From NCBI GenBank assembly GCA_964016885.1, contig OZ024746.1, positions 37,138,001 through 37,202,000 on the forward strand: a DNA stretch of 64,000 nucleotides, in the 5' to 3' direction. Source of the DNA: Eledone cirrhosa. Lineage: Eukaryota. The notes below the pieces were generated by a model. That model saw nothing but the letters and a program-made list of their open reading frames with translations, did no database searches and had not been told where the DNA came from. The position numbers and the translations under genes are program-made. This document shows, one piece after another, positions 57,398-64,000 of this stretch (position 1 is the stretch's first letter; the number at the start of each line of letters is the position of its first letter).

Positions 57398-59160
57398 TAT
57401 ATATATATATATACATTTATATATATAATATATACTTGTGTGTGCCTCTATGTGAGTGTCTGTGTGTGCCTCTCTCTCTGTGTTTTTTAACGCTCTATTT
57501 TATTGAATTCCTTAACCATAGTTCGAATTGAATTTGGATCCGTGAGAGAGTATTGCAAGCGAATACAAATCATGTAGTTCGTATTTTATATGACTGCACA
57601 TCCTTGTTCCGTTACATCTTCAAACAATATATGGCGCTAACAATAAAACTGAATCCTATCTGGCGTAATATATTTGCCTAAACCTAATGTGACTAGACAC
57701 TATAAAAAATCAATCACTATCACAAGCCCACAATCATATCAGGCCGATACTCTATTACCTCGTAAACGGCAATTATTCTATATTGTTACATGCTGTCATG
57801 TTGTTGTTAGATCTATATTAAAAATAAAATTGAAATAAGTCTCTCCATTCACGTATTGTATTTCGTCCGAGTTGTCAAAATTATTTTATTTCGATTGGTG
57901 AATTCTTAATCGAAAACTAATCCAATTTACATATCGGAAGTAATGTTAATCCTATCATTGAATTTTAAGGATTTTAAATCTACGTTGCTAAACATTAATT
58001 TCTTATTCAGTACAACGGGTGCAATTAATGTCTGAAATTATTCTGGCAGTTGGAAAACAGTTTTAGTTTTACACATTATATTGTATGTTCTAACGCGACA
58101 GAAATCAATATTTCTGGCTAAGTATAATAAAAAAAAGTTTCCATTAATCTCTGCTTCTGTTGACGGTTTCTCACATTTAGAGTGTATCCCTTGTATTTCT
58201 AGGCGTCCAGATTTTAGACAAGTGTATTTGTTTCTATTAACACATTATATAACTTTGTTAACGTCAGTTACTGATAAGCGTGTTGGTGGCATATGCCAAA
58301 AGAAATATAATTTATTAAAATATGTTTATATGTGATCTGTGTGAGGGTTGGATGGTGAATAAACGAACAATTGAGTGCTGGTGCATTTATGTGCTTAGAT
58401 GAGCACGAGTCCAAATCTAAGTCACGAAAACTGAGTCGAATTTTATTTAAATTACATTCATGAGTATGTATGTGTATAAGTGTGTGTTTGTTTGTGTGTG
58501 TGTATGTGATTACAAATCATTCTTTATATACATTCCATCAATCCTCAATGATTCCTGTGTGTGTATGTAAATGTTCAACTTCTCGGGAATTGGAAGCTAT
58601 GTAAACAGATAGTGTATAGTATTGTTACATGTTCGTAATCTCGAAGCTTTCTACATATCATATAGTAAATTTCATCATACTCAATTTCATCATAATCAAT
58701 TCACCATCATCATCAACAACAGCAGCATCATCTCATCCTAACCATCGTCACCGTTAGCAGCATCAACCGAAAAAGCAAATGCAGGGGCGGGGGAGGGTGA
58801 GAAGCCAATGAAAGGCTTGGAGGAAAGGGTTAGTTTTGTTGTGGCTAGATCAGGAGGGAGATTTAAGAAGGGATTGCGGAAGATGAAAATGGGTTATAGG
58901 AACGATGTAAGTGCTTTTGTGTATAACATTATTGTCTACAATATTGATTTCTAAATTTCTGAGGGAACAGATTATCTATGAAATAGTGTAGGCAAAAATA
59001 AACGATGTCACAATTATGTCCCCCTCCTACTCCACTTCCTACTCCCCCACTACCTACTCATCTTCCAACACGACCTCTCTTCCCTTATTACCACTCTTTC
59101 TTCCCCCATCCTCCCTCCTCCTCCTCGCCACCCTCCTCCTACTCTACTCCTTCTACTACG

Positions 59161-59230
<70 letters not shown>

Positions 59231-59624
59231 ATGTAGCTGCTGCTGCTGATGGCGTTGAATTAGTCAAGTCTGTGCCAGCTGCCGCTGCGGCAACTACAAA
59301 TTAGAACATCTCATTCATGACTTTCCCTAAGCCTGAAAACTACTTATGAGAAACATTTTCTTTTGATTGCTTACAGAATTCATAATGTTAGAAAACAAAT
59401 CAAAAACGTTCTCAAAACATTTACTTGATGAAACAGGCTAGTTCAGATTTGTAACTCTATTTAATATAACATAAATGAGAGTTTCGTGAAACAAAATGTT
59501 TTGAGCGTCCTAAATCTAAAATAAAATTCGAAAATATATTCAATATAGTATGGTTCAAATTAGTAGGTTTGATGTTGGCTCAATCAAAAAATTTGACGCT
59601 AATTCTGAAAAGATGCTTAACTGA

Positions 59625-60325
59625 AAAATCAGCACCGCCTTGCCTGATTTCGTGCGGCCTCCAAAGCCCACCTTGCTGCCTGGCTCTCTGCCCTGCCCCC
59701 CTTCTCCACTGACACGCAGCGAGACAACAATAGCCTGCGCATCGGCGATTCCATGAGACTCGGCCGCCGGATCTCCGAGCCACACCAATGTCGCTGCGGT
59801 TCCACCGTTGACTCTTTCGGCCACCACCCGTTCTCCTGTCGCCACAGTGTGGGCCGCCTTCCACGCCGGCCGCCTTCAACGAGGTCATAAAGCACGGCTT
59901 AGACGTGGCGGGCTTCCCTTCCCAGCTCGACCGGTGGGGACGGATCGAGGAGAAGGCAAAAGGCCAGATGGCATGCTCTCTTCCCGTTCCGCGGTAGCAA
60001 ACCCCTCGTCTGGGATGCTATTGCACCGAGACTTTCTGCAGCCGCAAATTTGTGCAGTCTGTGACTAACCCAGGTTCTGCTGCACGTCAGGCTGTGGAGG
60101 CCAAACTCCTCAAATACCGGTCACTCTCCGACAGGTTTGTGGTTGTACCCCTGGCAGTGGAGACTTCTGGTGTCCTCGGCCCTAGGGCTGCCTCCCTACT
60201 CACCACCATAGGCGCTGAGCTGGCCAGCCGCAGGTGTGAACCCCGCTAGTTGGATTGGCTTTTGCAGCGCGTCTCCCCTGCCGTTCTCCGGGGAAACGCC
60301 TTCACCATCCTGTCCGCCGGGGCTG
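59625..60325 (+). mobile_element. 3' part of a CRE-like non-LTR retrotransposon (CCHC knuckle plus restriction-like endonuclease)
   Basis: GC-rich; AWLSALP, LRIG..MRLG, CRCG...GHHPFSC, GKRPDG, LVWD, KLLKY, VPLAVETSGVLG, LQRVS.AVLRGNA; frameshifted. Confidence 0.85.
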
Positions 60326-61909
60326 TCTGTGCGTGTGTGTCGGGTGGAGGTGGGGGCTGGGGGTGGTTTTCTGGTGATCGAGTATCATTCCATATTTAAG
60401 TATGTGCCCTATCATATATTTTAGTAGGATGGTAGATCGCCGGAAACCCCAATCGTAATAAAGGGATGTGCCTACAACCACTGATTCAAGCTATTTGTGT
60501 TAGAAAAAGAAATGTATATACTGAACAATCACTGAAGCTCAAATTGAGATTTGATCGCAGTCGAGAAAAATATATCTACATTTCGAAATATGCTTCACGG
60601 TCGCTCTACTTATTTCTTATTCTATCAAACTCTAATGATTACTTCTATAATATTTACTAAGATATGCGCATTAACAATTATATATGTTTAGTGGGGTGGT
60701 GATTAAATTAACCTTAGTAATTAGCTGGTAATATATTTTATTGATTTCCTAAGGAAAAAGATTTGTAATTGAAGACACTTATTTACTATACCTCATTTTG
60801 TCCAACGTATTAATGAATTTACCAATCGTCTCCCCTACAATGAAACCAGCAATTGTTTGTAACATAGGCAGCGGCAGCTGTCTTCTATATGTAACCGCAC
60901 TTGGCTATTTCTCTGGAAATATGGAATAAATAAATTGATCTTGATGTGGTTAAAACGCACTACTTAAAGAACCTGGAGAATCCGAATTGTAATATAAGAA
61001 CAAAAGCACCCATGCAACATGTGAAGTCGTAGAATTGATGACGTCTACAAACTGAAACGCTTATAATTTGCTGTATGTATCTTTTAGTATGTGTGTATTA
61101 TTGTCGACTGAAGTCGGAAAACAAAATGTGACATACGTCTCGTATAAAAACAAATTATAACGAAATATACTAAATAAAGTTTGAGACATATTTTTTAGCT
61201 TTTGTGGAGACAGTTTGTCTAAAGTGTTAACAAAAATCAGAAATATACCAGAGGCTAATTGGTGCCTTTTGTTTACATATTTGGATGTGAACCACACTGA
61301 TGACGGCTTTAAATTTCATTAAGATTAGTGATGGTGTGCGAAGAAGAGGATGTTGATGTTTGCGATATTGTTGTTTAGTTTGATATCAACTGTAATCGAG
61401 CACATTTATCGTATATCACCATGCATAATAACCATGCCCATCATACCTTACAAACATATATTGTATAATTTGGAAAACTGGTTAAAAACAATTATGAACG
61501 AATCGGCTTCAGTCAAGACTCTTAAGACAGCAAGAAAATGTCATATGCATGTCATATGCATGGAAGACCAAGTGATTGCTAGGTACCGCGTGTGAGTCAA
61601 ACAGTCATGAGGAGGAAAACTTGGAGAAGGTGATCGAAAATGTATATGTGATATGTGGTATTACATTCTTCATAGCGGCCGATTGCAATCTTTTTTCCGT
61701 CGTCTAAGGGTTAAAGATGTTCACACTATTTTGTAGCCAATACAGGCATGAGTATATCATCCTTTCATATATATAAATATATGTGTGTGTGTATGTCTGT
61801 GTGAGTGGGTGGGTGTGTGTAACTGACAACACGGAGATAATTAGGCAACAACACACTTTTTCTTTCATTCTTCCTGGGGTTTATAGGTTTATATTGTTAT
61901 TACACAATT

Positions 61910-62104
61910 TGGCGCTGGAATGGCAGTATCGGTAGAGGGTCGGACACTATGCTTTGACGCATATAGTTACGCCCCTTGCCATTCTGAGTTCAAATCGCGC
62001 CGAGGTTATCTTTGCCTTTCATCCTTACGGGGTCGATAAAATAAAATACGAGTAATATACTGGGTAATTGCTGGCCTTGTGCCAAAAGTAGAAACAATTA
62101 TTAT
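61910..62104 (+). mobile_element. tRNA-derived SINE
   Basis: Full A box, B box, core and tail as at 20483. Confidence 0.88.
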
Positions 62105-63059
62105 TAGACAATTTTCTGTAGCAAAATGAAAATACGGCGGAAGCAAGTGATTCAAATCCATTCTCAAATTCCACGGCCTAAATTAGCACATACACACGCG
62201 CACCCGCACCCCTCAAGATAATACACATACATAATTTATATATAATGTATTACATATTTATGTAAATTAACGGAATACAAGCGATACATGGGATGTTAAG
62301 GCCCAATTTTGAACATCTCCCTGATCGAGCACTATTATCCTTTTTTATATTAACCGACGTTTTGCTACATACACACACACGTATACACACATACACACAT
62401 ACACACACACACGTACACATATATATATATATAGCATTCAGCTACGTGCATACATACATTCACACATGCTTACACTGAATAAAATTCCAATTGTAACATA
62501 GGGGATAATCGGAGGGCGTACAACATCGACACATATCTGTTGGTCTCAACAGCCTGCATGTGAAAGTCTGAATATTTCTTTAAGTGCGTAAAGGATTACG
62601 TTTACCAGAGAAAGATACAAGTTGAACCCTTTGAAAATAGATCTCAGAACGTAGATTTTCAAAAGTTATTTATCTGCCCAACTTCATCAAATGTGTCACA
62701 ATGCTAAAAATACGAATATGAATATGAATACAACACTTCAATTAAAATTCCATTGGTCTTTCTCAGGAATATAAACGTAAGACCTGTTTTCAATTGTTAT
62801 CCTTTCAAATACAGTTGATTTAAAATATTGTAGTGATGTTCTAAATGCTAGTTAATATCGAGAAGAGCTTTCGGCCACATTTACAGAATGCTATCAACTG
62901 ATTTCAAAATAATTGGATTCAGTTAATGCCGTCACAAGATTAGCTGTAATTTGGAAGAAGTTGAATATTGATTAAATTCTACTGAATACTCAAGACTACA
63001 CCTTATGATAATTTGACGCTAATGTAAATATTTATTCCTATCAGTGTGAATGTCTGCAC

Positions 63060-63650
<591 letters not shown>

Positions 63651-63652
<2 letters not shown>

Positions 63653-63685
63653 AGCAGGTTATTATTTCCGTTATACATACATACA

Positions 63686-63727
<42 letters not shown>

Positions 63728-63939
63728 TGTATGTATGTATAACGGAAATAATAACCTGCTATGCAAATACAAATCAGCAACACCATACTATACATACATG
63801 TGTACATATATATATATATATATATTGTGTGTGTGTGTGTGTTTATAGTATGTGTGAGTGTGAGTGCGTGCATTACTCCGTTTCTGAATATACATTCACT
63901 TATGTTGTTGCTGATTTGTATAGCAGGTTATTATTTCCG
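63651..63939. repeat. Short nested inverted repeats
   Basis: ATAGCAGGTTATTATTTCCG at 63651 (+), about 63743-63762 (-) and about 63920 (+). Confidence 0.7.
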
Positions 63940-64000
63940 ATAAATATAATTCCCAGGGTGCGTAGACAATATAATATTTACCACGTAAGTGATTGTTATT

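Noticed and set aside
61297-61345. CTGATGA motif
   Set aside because: No stem II or GAAA follows.

Overview
AT-rich, microsatellite-saturated eukaryotic DNA with no recognisable host gene. The SINE types suggest a mollusc, probably an octopus; this is an inference. Nearly all ORFs in the track are (TA)n/(CA)n/(GA)n artefacts. The real content is mobile DNA: Penelope-like retroelements (PLEs) of two lineages (RT and GIY-YIG remnants), tRNA-derived SINEs, and decayed mariner, RTE-like and CRE-like fragments. The main signal is a recurring architecture seen about 15 times across roughly 10 sequence families, most of them non-coding. Each element sits in (TA)n and is a head-to-head inverted pair. 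One arm stops at a fixed family-specific point and the other runs 40-110 bp further (a 'tail'). Most carry a minimal type I hammerhead ribozyme (HHR) motif. Highlights are a perfect 3.3-kb spacerless PLE palindrome, a 426-nt terminally redundant retrozyme-like unit, an HHR family with the compensatory U3-A8 core, a family whose fold-back axis appears to be HHR stem II, and a two-family chimeric pair. All structures were read by eye and no ribozyme activity is shown.
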